A stretch of DNA of 64,000 bases from Paramoeba atlantica (GCA_977017575.1 CDRNVI010000015.1:310001-374000), one strand, 5' to 3'. Positions 19,147-30,925 are shown, counted from the stretch's first letter. Program-made: numbers and translations. The notes: a model not told the origin generated them from the sequence alone.

Positions 19147-20681
19147 TCATTCGTTATCCCCTGAGTCGGAGTCGACGATTACCGCTTGTTCGAGAAACGT
19201 TGATCGAGCCAGGCGTGAGCAAAGCTCTGCCTCATTATCAGCGCCACGCGAAGGCTCTGTCACCACAAGAGTGCTTGCACAAAGCTCTGATGCACGCTCG
19301 TAGGAAATCTGACGGATGTTTTTCTCCAATGCCGTCTTATAAATAACTTCGAAAGCCTTCCCATAGGCTTCAGTGCCAATAGAATGAAGAGATCGAACAA
19401 CAAAGCGCGTAATGTTCCCACGTGACGGTTTCGGAAATGTGTTGGACGTTGCTGCTCGCCAGTAAGTATACTGCTCACTGTAGTTGTGCTTAAAGCTTCG
19501 ATTCACTGTAGGTCCATAAGCTGCAAGATTGAAGTACATCCACCGGAATGAGAGCTACATCAATGTCTCGCCGTTTAAAAAATAAAAGCACTTCATCTGT
19601 TCGATGTGCGGCATATAAATCCATAATCAAGATAGTTTTCCGGGGTGGGTACTTCGAATGATCGCTAAAATTCATGCTTCGCCCAAGCAGAAAAAGCTTC
19701 TGATGTTGTCCATCCGCTTGGAGTTGTAGTTGCGGTGCAGCCATATCCTTCGGCTGCCGCGTGCACCTCTTTGGAAACTAATCCAGTCGAAGAATGCGCG
19801 GACCAAATAAGGTGAGGTGGATGTATTTCATGTTCCCATTTCCCCGATTCTTCCTGTCGCGTCCCCGATACATAGGAGGAAGTTCCCCAAAACCAGGCAG
19901 TGCCCATGGACCGTTCCTTCCCCCTTTGTTCGCACCTTAATTCGTTTTGTGCCACGCTGCTCATAAGTGATCTCAGATACCGGTTCCCAAAGTATGGACG
20001 TTTCCTCGCCCGTTACGATGACGGTGTAACGTCCTCTGTCTTTGTTCATGAGTGTAATCATATCGCGAAACTTTAAAGCTTTTTCATCAGCATCTTTTGG
20101 GACAAGCTGGGAGTATCCGTTTACTCTTCGGCGTGAAATATTAACGTATTTGCAGAATCGAAGCCAAAATGTTTCTTGCCCATAATTGCTAAGCTCGCGA
20201 AAATGTTCAGATGCTTCCTCGAAATATCGAAACATCATCTTCTTTGTAACTGCAACTAGCGTTTCTCGAAGCATGTTCATCGTGTGGATACCTCCATTGT
20301 ACAATTCGCTATTCTTCTTGGGGGCATGGTATTGAAGAGTTTTTCCATAGCCAATGCGTACAAGTCTTTGCCATTCTTGCTTCTTTTGATATATTTTTCG
20401 CAGAGTACTAGTATCTATTTTGTATTCCCGAGGAACACTGACCAAGGGCAACCATCATCCAGGCAGGAACACATGTTGCATTTTTGCTGAATCATTAAGT
20501 CCACACGAACCTTACGCTCATTGTGGAGTACAGCACTCTGCTCGGTAGCTATTTCTGCAGTCGGTGGAGTTGTAGACACTTCCTCGGAATCCGGTAGAAT
20601 GGTCACCGGTGTCTCCACTGGAAGAAAGCGCTGTCGCACAAGGCTTGCATTGAACAGTAGGTGATTTAATGGCCCAGGCAT
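19147..20681 (-). pseudogene. Frameshifted pogo/DDE_1 transposase (DD35D when restored)
   Basis: Pieces in several frames: HTH (REYKIDTSTLRKI), ETSILWEP...RGTKRIKVRT, PSGWTTSEAF, ILIMDLYAAH, IP[G]GCTSILQLMD, VNRSFK. Multiple 1-nt indels and stops. Confidence 0.85.
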
Positions 20682-21184
20682 TTGAATTGTAGCGAAATGA
20701 TATTGAGGGAATAATTGTTGGATAAGACGTTACACTACGATTGAAAGACAGAGAACAAAATTTTCACATTGGATATAAAGCTAGTACGTAACATATCCCA
20801 TATTTTCGGGAAAAAAGGGATATGTTACGTACTAGGATATGTCTAGGGGGGTAACAGTATATTAATATTTTTGACTAAAGTGTTAGCTGATTTATACTTT
20901 TCAAAAAAATAATCCTTGCAAAAAAGATTTCTCGAATGCGGCGAAAAAATACGGCATGACGATTACGAGAATATAGAGAGTGCGGTACGGGTAGTATTTT
21001 TGTTTTGTTTTTTAAGACACCTCACATAAGATTTTGATTGATATGAACCTGTGTTTCTACGGTTATATGAAACGGCATATAAGATCAATAAGTGGTCAAA
21101 AGAGGATATCCGTGCAAAGGAATTTTCTTCCATTGAATTGCTTTCTGCGGCTAATTAGTTCCGCGGCTAATTAACCAAGTCGTG

Positions 21185-23059
21185 ATGAAAGGTACAGGAA
21201 GTCAATATTTTCGGTTGATTTTTCAGGGATTAACAGTCCCAAAAGTAGTGAATCCATACCATATCCGTTCTCTGCAAATTGCAAAAGACATCCAAAGTGG
21301 AACAATGCCCGAGTTGGAACTTCATCAGAGAAACATAATGAAAAAAGAACCTATGAGGCGATGCTATATTACAAAGTTTTTGCGACCAGGGATACATGGA
21401 TTTCAATGCTTTCACCATTGTGATCCTAGAGATACAGTAATTGAAGAGCTCGATACCGATGGAGTATGCGTTTCAGAATACTTGAAAAGGTCTTCTTCGA
21501 ATCCTCCTGCTTCGAAAGCAAAGGGCAAAGCATTTAGTAAAGCATTTGATAAAGTCGAAATCGGGAAACATTTTGTTTGTTTGGGAAAAAAACCTTACGT
21601 ACAAATGGTAATTAAGAGCTCTGGTTTAGTCGAAGAGTGTCTTCCCCCATGTCTGCAAACGTGCTACCGAGTTACTGAGCGTAGAAATGACTTGGCCATT
21701 GTAACACAACGTGTGACTGTTCCGTATGAAGCGTACAAGGTCTTTGAACAAGGAAAAATAGGAGGATATCCTCATCTATCTTGTTTCACTCCAACTGATC
21801 GAGAGTTGAGTCCAAGCCATTATTCTGGAAATCGCTATCAAGTAGTTTTGCGAAGAATTCCATTTCGGGAACAGAAAGCGGTGATCTGCGCTATTGACTG
21901 TGTACGGCAAAGTGGGTTCTTAAATTATTTTCCTCCTAATTATTTTTCACATCTGACACGCAACAAAAATTTTTTCGGGGGGCACGTACTCAGAAGAGAA
22001 TTTCGAGCTATCGTACAACATCTGCTTGAAAATACATCTTCCAGACATTCGTTACAAAAAGGACGTCACGCCTCTAGGCAAGATGCCGAACTATCTGATA
22101 CAGACTTTGGTCATTCAGAACCAAGGAATTCAACGTTGAAAAATACTTCTAGTCCATTGTTTAGTGCCTTAAGCAAGCATATCTTTCAACGAATCCAAGA
22201 TTCTAATCGAATATTTGCTGGAACTGCTTCGGATTATTTGACGATAAGAAATAATAGTCATTCAAATATACTGGAATGTGAAGCAGCTGATATACTCCAA
22301 AAAAACGTATCTTTGCGAAGTATGATGCACTGGCTGGCTGACCTATCACGCCTTGTTTGGAATCGTGTTGTTGGGCTTCGTATAGATCGCATAGGTGCTT
22401 TTCATGTTCTTCCTGGAGATATTATTATTCGAAACGGGAATTATGAATATGCTACAAGAGATCAGATACAAAAGGGGGAAATTACCGCTCACGACGTGTT
22501 ACTTCCCGTTCCTGGTACTGAAGTAAGCGTGCCGGAGAACGAGACGTCGATCATTTATGAAAGTGTTATGCAAGAGCTAGGATTGCCTCGTTCCTTTGAA
22601 AAATGGAAGTGCCGTGATCTGTCACTTGAACACCACGGTTCATACCGGCCGATGCTGGTCAAGCCGATATCGCTTTGCCATAAGCTGAGTATGGGACCAC
22701 AAGATGCCATTCTTGATCTGCGGTTTAGTTTACCACCCCAGTGTGACTTAACAATGATGCTGCGCGAGCTGTGCAAGTATGAAGAAAACACCCCGCTGTT
22801 ATGCCCTATTAAAGTTCCTACAGCAATGACCGAACAATCACTTGAAGAAACTCCTTCCCCCGTGAACGGTGAGCTCAAATGGAGGCACTTAACTGATTCT
22901 GAGAAAAAGACATACAATACTCAGCTATCGCCGCGAAAGAAGAAAATAGTGCACGGATCAGCCTTATTGCGTGGACGTTTAACTCACAAAATATTTCACC
23001 GAATTCTGCCTTTAGGAACACAAAGGTGGAGCTCCAGAAAAATAGGTAAAAAGATATAG
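21185..23059 (+). CDS. TruD/PUS7-like pseudouridine synthase homolog (catalytic motif degenerate)
   Basis: AIVTQRV, GNRYQVVLR, GFLNYF, VWNRVVGLRI, GDII, DVLLPVPG, GSYRPM and LRFSLP...TMMLREL match the TruD fold. Confidence 0.75.
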   Translation: MKGTGSQYFRLIFQGLTVPKVVNPYHIRSLQIAKDIQSGTMPELELHQRNIMKKEPMRRCYITKFLRPGIHGFQCFHHCDPRDTVIEELDTDGVCVSEYLKRSSSNPPASKAKGKAFSKAFDKVEIGKHFVCLGKKPYVQMVIKSSGLVEECLPPCLQTCYRVTERRNDLAIVTQRVTVPYEAYKVFEQGKIGGYPHLSCFTPTDRELSPSHYSGNRYQVVLRRIPFREQKAVICAIDCVRQSGFLNYFPPNYFSHLTRNKNFFGGHVLRREFRAIVQHLLENTSSRHSLQKGRHASRQDAELSDTDFGHSEPRNSTLKNTSSPLFSALSKHIFQRIQDSNRIFAGTASDYLTIRNNSHSNILECEAADILQKNVSLRSMMHWLADLSRLVWNRVVGLRIDRIGAFHVLPGDIIIRNGNYEYATRDQIQKGEITAHDVLLPVPGTEVSVPENETSIIYESVMQELGLPRSFEKWKCRDLSLEHHGSYRPMLVKPISLCHKLSMGPQDAILDLRFSLPPQCDLTMMLRELCKYEENTPLLCPIKVPTAMTEQSLEETPSPVNGELKWRHLTDSEKKTYNTQLSPRKKKIVHGSALLRGRLTHKIFHRILPLGTQRWSSRKIGKKI

Positions 23060-24287
23060 TAAATCACACTGATTATGCTGTCACGTAAACCGCGCAACAT
23101 CTTTTCAGTCAAAACAAAAACAATATTGCGTATTACATTTTTCAAAAGACGTAGAAGTATTACTGATATCGTCCCGTAACGTCTAGCACTGTACTCGCTT
23201 GATTGTATTCGCTTGGTTGTATTCTCTTGATTGTTAGGATTTTCCTTTGTCATCAGAATACAGTATGGGCCTAGGGGGAAATACAATATACGTAGCAGAA
23301 TTTCCATGTTTATGGTTATTTTTGCGCCTTCTTTTAGCGTGATGTTTTCTTCACCATAGCTCTCATCATATGACCAGTAGGCAAGCTATTCTTTAAATAC
23401 AAGTAGTAAATGAAAGTAGTAAGTCGGGCAAAATGCTTTTCTAAATTTAGAATTTTGTTCCATTAAGTGTTCCTCTCGTTAGCTTAGTTAACCAGAACGT
23501 GTTCTTGTTCTCACAACAACAATGTATGTAACTAGCAATGTATGTATATTTGAAACTGGGTTTTATTTTGGGCTGGACAATTGCTAGTTATTATTATACG
23601 ATTTTATTTATTTTTCTATCATCCATTCCCTTCGTTTTTCTTCACTTCTTCTGCCTACAAAGGCGTGTCACGATTTCGTCTTCACCCAAATGGGACACGA
23701 TAACTAAGAAAAGTGATGCAGCACATGAAATTGTGGCGCGCAAACCAAGCAAAGCTATTTTTTGTGCAATTTAGGTACAGTGCGCCAAGTTGTTCAAGTC
23801 CCAGAAAGTGGTTTTCTCAAACGGTAAAAACATTTTTGTAGTCACCTTTTTTTATACTTTTTCTTTCTTTTTCGAGGGTTTTTGTCCAAGGCAAATTGTC
23901 AGTCTGTCATTGATTTCATTTCATCTCCTTTTTTAAGTTATGACAACGGATATCCGCATACAACTCGCATTAGAAAGCTCGGTGCGTCAACGACATTTGA
24001 TTATGGCAACAATTTTTCATCAAAAAATGAAAGGACTTGACTAGTGCCTCCAGTAATAGATCCCAAATGGTAACGTTTTTTGTAGTTACCCAGAACCGGT
24101 GGTAACTACTAAAAACCACTTTATTTTTTTGGGCGCACTGTACTCTTACTCCAAAATATTTTGTATCAGTTTTTGGCGCAATATGCTATTTCATATGCTA
24201 TTTCACCTTTTTGTACTAAAGTCGTGTACTAGAGCCGTAATATATATTGCTAAGTCCGTTATGCGAATCTATGAATTTTCGTAGTCT

Positions 24288-27200
24288 ATGAACACAAGGT
24301 CATCAAGAAATAGTTTACAGGATCATGACAGCATCAGGTCCGATATTCATGGTTTGCCCAATGAACACAGGAACTTCGAGCTTCATAGTAGTGCGAGTAC
24401 AGAAGTTTTTGAAGCCAGGGAAGTGACCAAAGACACTAGTCTTAATAAAAAAGCAACTCACGGAAACGAGTCGTCAAAAAAGCTTTTATCAGCACGTGCA
24501 GAACCCTTTTACGCGAGGAAATTGGTATCCTCATCTTCATATACTTATAATGGTAGCAATGTGAAAGAAATTAGTTTATATTCAGAAGTACCATATCTTA
24601 CCCAAGATTCTTGGATACCCTACGATGTGTCTTGCAAGGAATTAGCGAATACTAAAAAAACCTCTTCAAAGCAACAACGCACTCCTCGGCGCTGCAGTCA
24701 AGCTGACAATCTAACTCCAATACAATTCAAAGTACAAGATAATCCTGTGCAGACACTTTCTATTGATGCAGCGACGCGCAAAAAACAACCAAAGCAACCA
24801 TGTCCCTTTACTTCTTGCGCTACTGATTTTAATTTTGATGGAACACAATTGCACGCTACAAAACCACAAACAGAGGTCAGTTCCACCAGTGTATTAAACG
24901 TGGATCAGTTCAATGATAATCATCGTCATTTCCAACCTGTTAATATGCCACGCACTGAATGCGTCGGACATCAAACCAAAGAAATCTGGCAGGAAGAGCA
25001 AGGTGAATCACTTGGACATAGTAATAACAGTATATTAGGCACCTCAGCATGTTTATCCTCAGATCCTATTCCACATGTGCCGCGCACAATGTTGCCTCTC
25101 GAGAATACTCCTCTGGCTCCTATAACGTGGGTACGTCCGGTACATAATTATGAAGATATTCATAATCCTAGCTACCTTCCTCGTGTTAACTACTGTTCAC
25201 GTGAATATATACCTTTTAAAACTCATGTTCGAGGCGAAAAACAGCTCTCAGATAATTTCAACAGCCAAAGCAGACCCTATTTTTACCCTGACACTATTGA
25301 AAACAAACCGAAACGTGCATCAATAAAGTATCACGGAAACAACTCGACTCAATGTGCAGACAAAAAAGAAGCATTGGCCACGGAGCAATCCGAATCAAGC
25401 AGCGCTATTTCAAAAAATGAACGAAAGCATGATCAGAAAAAAGCTGGACGAAAGCATGGAAAAATTTCTCTTGAATTATCTTCTAGCTGTAACTCTATTG
25501 ATAGAACTTCAAACCGAACAATATTGGATTGCTCACCTGAGGTGTCGAAAAAGCCTCTAACTTCCGACAATACATTTTCAGATTTCTCGAAAAAGATCGA
25601 CATGCAAGAGGCGTTTGTCGCAGAAGATGGAACATCTTTATTCTCTCAAAAGCTAAATCCAGAACAGCTTCGTTCGACCTGTCAAACTTCGCCAATTAGC
25701 AATTCAGAGTCTGAAGTTACTCAAAACTCATCATACTTTTCCTCAGCTATAAATCGAGAAACTGAAGAAACAAGTTGCTCGAAAACGCTTCCCACAAATT
25801 GCGCATGCGTATCGTGTCCTCTCAAGTTGGAACATACAGATATAGTACATTCCAATAAAAAAGAAGACAAATCACATGCCGGTGAAACGAAGAAGAGGGA
25901 GCCCAACGGTCACAATGTGTCTCAAAAGCATAAACATAGGGAGCAGTGCGTATGTATTCTTGGCAGGCCTTGTTCCAGTGGCGCTAGTGGGCAAGATATA
26001 TATTTGGAAAGGAATTCACCATCAGCAGGTGTGCACTTAAGAAATGTTGTGGCTGATAGCACTGCAGAAACACCACTTTATCGCACAAAGACGTGCGAAA
26101 TAGGCAAATCTATGGCTCAAACGTCCTTGCAAGACAAATTTTGTTCTAGAACTCAACACTTTCCCACTGAACATTCTGAGAAACTCTTGCACCAATCTAA
26201 GTTACAGATTTCTGAAGATTTCGTTTCAGATGAGGAAAATTCAGAATCTGATCCACTTTGGATAGACACTTCACCGCAAAAAGATCGAAGCAAACGGAAC
26301 AACAAGTCAAAAAAAAATCAAGTCTTGAAAAATTCAACAATGAGGGAGCAATGTCTAACATCCGGTAAAGAATTTAACATTTTTCTTCGCACCATGTCGA
26401 CGGTAAAGAGTAAAAATTCTTCACCTAATGTTTCCGTAATTCAAAAAAAGAACAAAATCAAAGCACACAAAAGTGGTTTCTTCCGTGCTGAAATAACAGC
26501 CTTAATACGTGATTACGCAGCTTTGGTGGAGAAAGCGGATGCGTGTCGAAAATCTCCTGCAGCCCGCTTGCTGTTGTTGCAGGAAGCTCTTCCTCTTGCT
26601 GAAGAGATTAATGATATTCCTATGTTGCATGAGCAACTTTTAGATATGTCAGAATTATATAACGAAGTGGGAGAATTTCGGAAAGCACAAGAATGCGCTG
26701 AGCGCGTGTTACTCTCTGAAGAAACGTGTTCGTCACAGAAGCAAAATAGAATTGTTCTTCTTCGTTGTAATGCAGTTCTTGGCAGAAGTTTCGAAAGTCT
26801 TGTACAACCTGAGAAAGCTAAGCCATTCCTCGATGCTGCCATTCGTTTATCCCGAGAAATTGGGGATAAGCATCGTGAAGCTGCAGTTATGGGACACTTA
26901 GGTATCGTCCATGAATTAATGGGAGACTATACAACTGCTTTTCTGCTCTATGCTGAAACACTGCGCATGGCCCAATCGTTGAAAGACCTTCGTATACTAT
27001 GCGAAACTACTGCAAACCTTGGACTTGCTCACCTTTCGATAGGGGATCTCGATGCCGCTCACAAATTATTAATGAATAATGTACCTGTGGCTCGATCACT
27101 CCGCGACTACACGCTCGCATCAAGAGCACTTACCAACGTGGCCCACGTGCACCTGTTACGTGGTGACCTTGAAAAGGCTAAATACTTTCACCGGGAAGAA

Positions 27201-29396
27201 CTCCTTGTCAATGAAGAAAATCAAGACTCACAAGGTGTTGCACAAGCCTTAAGCTGTCTTGGCAACGTTTGTAAAACTCAAGGAGAGTACGACGAAGCCT
27301 CTTCATACTTTCTCCAAGAATTGTGCGTCGTTCAGCGACTTGGAAACGATATTCGTGTACTGGAGAGTCTTAGTAATTGTGGTACAATTTTTCGTTTGAT
27401 GAAAGATTTTAATAGGGCACGTGATTACCACCGCAGGGAGCGGGTTTGTGCAGGAAGTACATCTGACGTCGTTGTACTAGCCAAAGCTATTTTGAACCTC
27501 GCTGACGTTGATTCTCAAGAAGGTATGTATCAAAAGATGCCCGTTCTCCTACAAACGGCTATAGAACGTTATCATCGAACTTTGTATCTAGTATGTGAAG
27601 GAGTACCGCACGACGAAAGGCAGTTGTACATGATTAAAGTAGGTTGTTGCGAGGCTGAGTGGCGTGCATTAGACGGACTTGAAACTGCACATCGTTATAT
27701 GGACGACATCGAGAGCGCTGTATGGAGAGCGGACGCTAAACATCTACCTTTGGTCACACAAATACTGCGCCGCGAGTTGGATAAGCCCATGAGTGATAGT
27801 TCTGGGGACCTTGTTAGCAGACTTTCCATAGACGTTGAAAAACGAATTTCTTCAATAATGAGTACAGAACCTATTTCGCAAATCTCTACACCTTCCACTG
27901 ACCAAATACGAAGTTTTCTTGCACGCAAATTCTTATCATATGATATTCGTTTCGCGTTAAACGAAATGGAACTAGATACCATAGTACTTTATTCAATGTA
28001 TTGGGATGACGGGCACGATCTACATGCGTATGTGTTTCATCGTACTGAACAAATATGGCATACAGTCCCGCTCATATTCTCCACCAAATCAAGCAAAGTG
28101 TTAGCCGCTCAAAACGGGACTTATCGGCGACTTCTCGTTGACACTGATCTCGATATGCCTTTACTTCCGCACACCATTTACAGCAAGGGCGAGCGTCTCG
28201 CAGCCGAAGAAACACCTGAAAACTTGCAGGAATCCATGACAGTGATCTACAATGATTTTATTTATCCCCTAGAGACAGTTTTGAAGCGTTCTGGCGAGTC
28301 GAACTCTATATGTTTTGTTACCGATGGTCTACTGATAAATATACCTTTCGCTGTTCTTCAGGATTATGAAGGGAGATATTTGATCGAACGCTATGCGATA
28401 AACACAGTACCCAGTTTGGAACAATTGGTGTTGCTTCATGAGCGTCGAAAAAGCAAACGCCTCCCCGCGCAAAATTGTCCCGCGCAAAATTTATCTATTC
28501 AACGTAACTTCAAATTGTTGTGCCTTACAGGGTCAAGCAATTCCTTTCCGAGTACATCAATATTCGACTTTACGAACCAGGGGGAGAGTTTCGACATAAA
28601 TGAAAAAGATCCAAAATGTTCTAACAGAGCTCACGTGAATAGTCGACTGGTCAACGAATCTGATTGGTTTCAGCACCACTATTGTTGTTCTGTCGAATAT
28701 CTCCATCAGGTAATGATGGAACCTCGTGAACTTGTGTTATTGCATTTTCCTACTGATTGCGAAATGCGGGAAGATTACACAGGTTCGTTCGTTACCGGCG
28801 AAAATCAAATCAGCAGCGAAGAAATTGTAACGTCGTGGAAATCATTAAATATTGGAACCATTGTATGCGATGGATTTAGTTCCTTCTCCTATCGCGTTAT
28901 ACATGAGTCCTGTGTGGGACTAACCCGCTCATTGCTTGCGGTCGGGGCGGATCGTATTCTTGGTTTGCATTGGCTTTCAGACGAAAAATTTGAAGAATTT
29001 GAATCTAACCTAGTGCAATCAAGTTGCCGACATGCACCTGAAACGGAACCAGGGAACTCTGAAAGAACCTTGCAAATGCCTGAAGACCCTTGGGATGCAG
29101 CACAAAGCTATATTTCCAAACAATTCCAGTACACGCAAGCGTCAAATTCGTGCCACAAACGAAAAACAGTACCTCAAGTAGTTCCTAAGGACCTCTTATA
29201 TGATATTTGGAGCGCGCACACGCCACTGACGCCTTGCGAATCCGGTCAGGATAAAGCATTGACGTCAAATAGCGAAGACACTGAAAAATCTCCCCTTTGC
29301 ATTGCACGCATATTACAAAAATACCAAATCAAATGCATCAAGGATGGCATTTCTCCTTGGATTTGGGGGAGATATACTATTATAGGTCTTCCATAA
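24288..29396 (+). CDS. TPR + CHAT domain protein (TTC28-like) with ~750 aa low-complexity N-terminus
   Basis: About 7 TPRs (e.g. EAAVMGHLGIVHELMGDYTTA, AQALSCLGNVCKTQGEYDEA). CHAT motifs FVTDGLLINIPFAVL...YLIERYAINTVPS and GLTRSLLAVGA. Confidence 0.85.
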   Translation: MNTRSSRNSLQDHDSIRSDIHGLPNEHRNFELHSSASTEVFEAREVTKDTSLNKKATHGNESSKKLLSARAEPFYARKLVSSSSYTYNGSNVKEISLYSEVPYLTQDSWIPYDVSCKELANTKKTSSKQQRTPRRCSQADNLTPIQFKVQDNPVQTLSIDAATRKKQPKQPCPFTSCATDFNFDGTQLHATKPQTEVSSTSVLNVDQFNDNHRHFQPVNMPRTECVGHQTKEIWQEEQGESLGHSNNSILGTSACLSSDPIPHVPRTMLPLENTPLAPITWVRPVHNYEDIHNPSYLPRVNYCSREYIPFKTHVRGEKQLSDNFNSQSRPYFYPDTIENKPKRASIKYHGNNSTQCADKKEALATEQSESSSAISKNERKHDQKKAGRKHGKISLELSSSCNSIDRTSNRTILDCSPEVSKKPLTSDNTFSDFSKKIDMQEAFVAEDGTSLFSQKLNPEQLRSTCQTSPISNSESEVTQNSSYFSSAINRETEETSCSKTLPTNCACVSCPLKLEHTDIVHSNKKEDKSHAGETKKREPNGHNVSQKHKHREQCVCILGRPCSSGASGQDIYLERNSPSAGVHLRNVVADSTAETPLYRTKTCEIGKSMAQTSLQDKFCSRTQHFPTEHSEKLLHQSKLQISEDFVSDEENSESDPLWIDTSPQKDRSKRNNKSKKNQVLKNSTMREQCLTSGKEFNIFLRTMSTVKSKNSSPNVSVIQKKNKIKAHKSGFFRAEITALIRDYAALVEKADACRKSPAARLLLLQEALPLAEEINDIPMLHEQLLDMSELYNEVGEFRKAQECAERVLLSEETCSSQKQNRIVLLRCNAVLGRSFESLVQPEKAKPFLDAAIRLSREIGDKHREAAVMGHLGIVHELMGDYTTAFLLYAETLRMAQSLKDLRILCETTANLGLAHLSIGDLDAAHKLLMNNVPVARSLRDYTLASRALTNVAHVHLLRGDLEKAKYFHREELLVNEENQDSQGVAQALSCLGNVCKTQGEYDEASSYFLQELCVVQRLGNDIRVLESLSNCGTIFRLMKDFNRARDYHRRERVCAGSTSDVVVLAKAILNLADVDSQEGMYQKMPVLLQTAIERYHRTLYLVCEGVPHDERQLYMIKVGCCEAEWRALDGLETAHRYMDDIESAVWRADAKHLPLVTQILRRELDKPMSDSSGDLVSRLSIDVEKRISSIMSTEPISQISTPSTDQIRSFLARKFLSYDIRFALNEMELDTIVLYSMYWDDGHDLHAYVFHRTEQIWHTVPLIFSTKSSKVLAAQNGTYRRLLVDTDLDMPLLPHTIYSKGERLAAEETPENLQESMTVIYNDFIYPLETVLKRSGESNSICFVTDGLLINIPFAVLQDYEGRYLIERYAINTVPSLEQLVLLHERRKSKRLPAQNCPAQNLSIQRNFKLLCLTGSSNSFPSTSIFDFTNQGESFDINEKDPKCSNRAHVNSRLVNESDWFQHHYCCSVEYLHQVMMEPRELVLLHFPTDCEMREDYTGSFVTGENQISSEEIVTSWKSLNIGTIVCDGFSSFSYRVIHESCVGLTRSLLAVGADRILGLHWLSDEKFEEFESNLVQSSCRHAPETEPGNSERTLQMPEDPWDAAQSYISKQFQYTQASNSCHKRKTVPQVVPKDLLYDIWSAHTPLTPCESGQDKALTSNSEDTEKSPLCIARILQKYQIKCIKDGISPWIWGRYTIIGLP

Positions 29397-29887
29397 CCTT
29401 GCATTGGTGCAAAAAATACGTTTATATTATTTTGTAAATCTGCTGCAAACCTTTTTTCGTACAGAATACATATAAATATTAACATAATAATATTAATATA
29501 TGCTCACACAAAATTTTACGGCGGAAGAGCTAGAGGGAGTTCGTTTCTTCGCGTCCCTTATTTATTCATTCAACACACATGTAGTATACTTAATATTGTC
29601 TTATTTCGCACTCCTATTAAGGGAGAGAATTGTATATGTGGATCTTTGTGGCAGCTGATGCTGCCAGAGCAATACAAGACAGTTTTATCTTGAAGTGTTT
29701 CTTGCTAGCATCTTGCGTTGGCAAGATAATCACATATTACATCACAAGCTTTTTCAGTGTTCTTTGTTAGGTATTAAATACAGCAATCGTAAACATCTCA
29801 GTATCACTGTATTTTTCATTGGCGAAATTCATTCACAAAAACCGTTCAAAAAAATATATGCTGATCTATTCGTTGTACAGTATCTGA

Positions 29888-30646
29888 ATGTTTCTAACCG
29901 TTCATAGTGCACAAGGTGCCGATCCTTCTAAAAGAAGGAATCGCCCGGGAAAAGTTTCAAATGTAGTTCTATCATTCGAATGTGAAATGGAGCGTCTTTT
30001 ATCTGGTGTGGAGGATCCTCACAGTACTTGGAATTCTCATGTGCCGCTTGACGAATGGTATGCAGTACGGTTTTCCGGTTCTACGGAGAGACCAAAGCTT
30101 TGTCTAGGACTCGGAAATTTTCAAGGAAAATTGAATGCAATGTTTCTTCCAAGATCATTGTTTGCTTTTCGCGCATCAGGAAATCAATTTTATGGTCCAT
30201 TTGATTTCTCTGTGCTACCGTCTGGGCTTTGGGAAATTGATATCTCTAAAAACAAGTTTACCGGTGGGGTAAATCTTAATCAACTCCCGTCCTCGCTTCG
30301 AAATTTGTATGCATCGTCGAATATATTTACGGGGCCCATAGATCTAACACAACTTTCTCAAGGTTTGGCTATTTTAGATCTTTCCTACAACCTTCTTGAT
30401 GGTGGGTTAAAGTTGGATTGCCTTCCATCTCGACTTCAGCAACTGGTACTGGACCACAATAGATTTTCTGGAAGTCTTGTACTTTCGTCACTCAATAAGG
30501 GACTTCGTGGTTTGGGGTTATCGCACAATCAGTTCGTAGGAGAGGTAGATCTTTCGAGCATTACATCCGCTTTACACACGTTACATCTGAGCGGAAACAG
30601 TGTTGAGGTATGCGGCGACCGACGTTCGCTATTGGGACTCCTTTAG
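29888..30646 (+). CDS. Leucine-rich repeat protein (LPxxLxxLxLSxNxFxGxVDL type)
   Basis: About 7 repeats of ~23 aa, e.g. LPSGLWEIDISKNKFTGGVNL and LPSRLQQLVLDHNRFSGSLVL. Confidence 0.85.
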   Translation: MFLTVHSAQGADPSKRRNRPGKVSNVVLSFECEMERLLSGVEDPHSTWNSHVPLDEWYAVRFSGSTERPKLCLGLGNFQGKLNAMFLPRSLFAFRASGNQFYGPFDFSVLPSGLWEIDISKNKFTGGVNLNQLPSSLRNLYASSNIFTGPIDLTQLSQGLAILDLSYNLLDGGLKLDCLPSRLQQLVLDHNRFSGSLVLSSLNKGLRGLGLSHNQFVGEVDLSSITSALHTLHLSGNSVEVCGDRRSLLGLL

Positions 30647-30925
30647 GATAAGCTGGTCCACTTCCTATACTTTTCTAAGTGTACCGCCGTGGTGTGCGCT
30701 GATAATAATGTAGTTTGTTGATATTTCACCAAAACAAAGGTACAGCATTGGAGTCTGTGCTAAACTTGGTTTTCACGAATTTTCACAAATTTTCACCTGT
30801 AATTCATTTTATCTATTTTGGTGCAATTCTCAACTTTTCTTTTATCATGGAGTAATATTTCGAATAAACTTTATTTTTTATGTCCGTGCAGTCCTCAATC
30901 ATTCGTCAAGTGTTTGGCGAAATGC

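Larger units (their letters stand above)
18897..20857 (-). mobile_element. Decayed pogo-superfamily DNA transposon
   Basis: TA at 18895-96 and 20858-59. TIR C(C/T)GTTACCCC(T)CCTAGACA(G/T)ATCC. 17-18 bp subterminal motif GGATATGTTACGTACTAG at 18951, 18968, 20781 (inverted) and 20818. DDE_1 transposase remnants. Confidence 0.9.

Noticed and set aside
16613-29396. Endogenous virus or bacterial-type defence island (YqaJ + TPR-CHAT)
   Set aside because: No capsid, polymerase, packaging ATPase or Cas7-11 genes. Both genes match host strand, composition and spacing.
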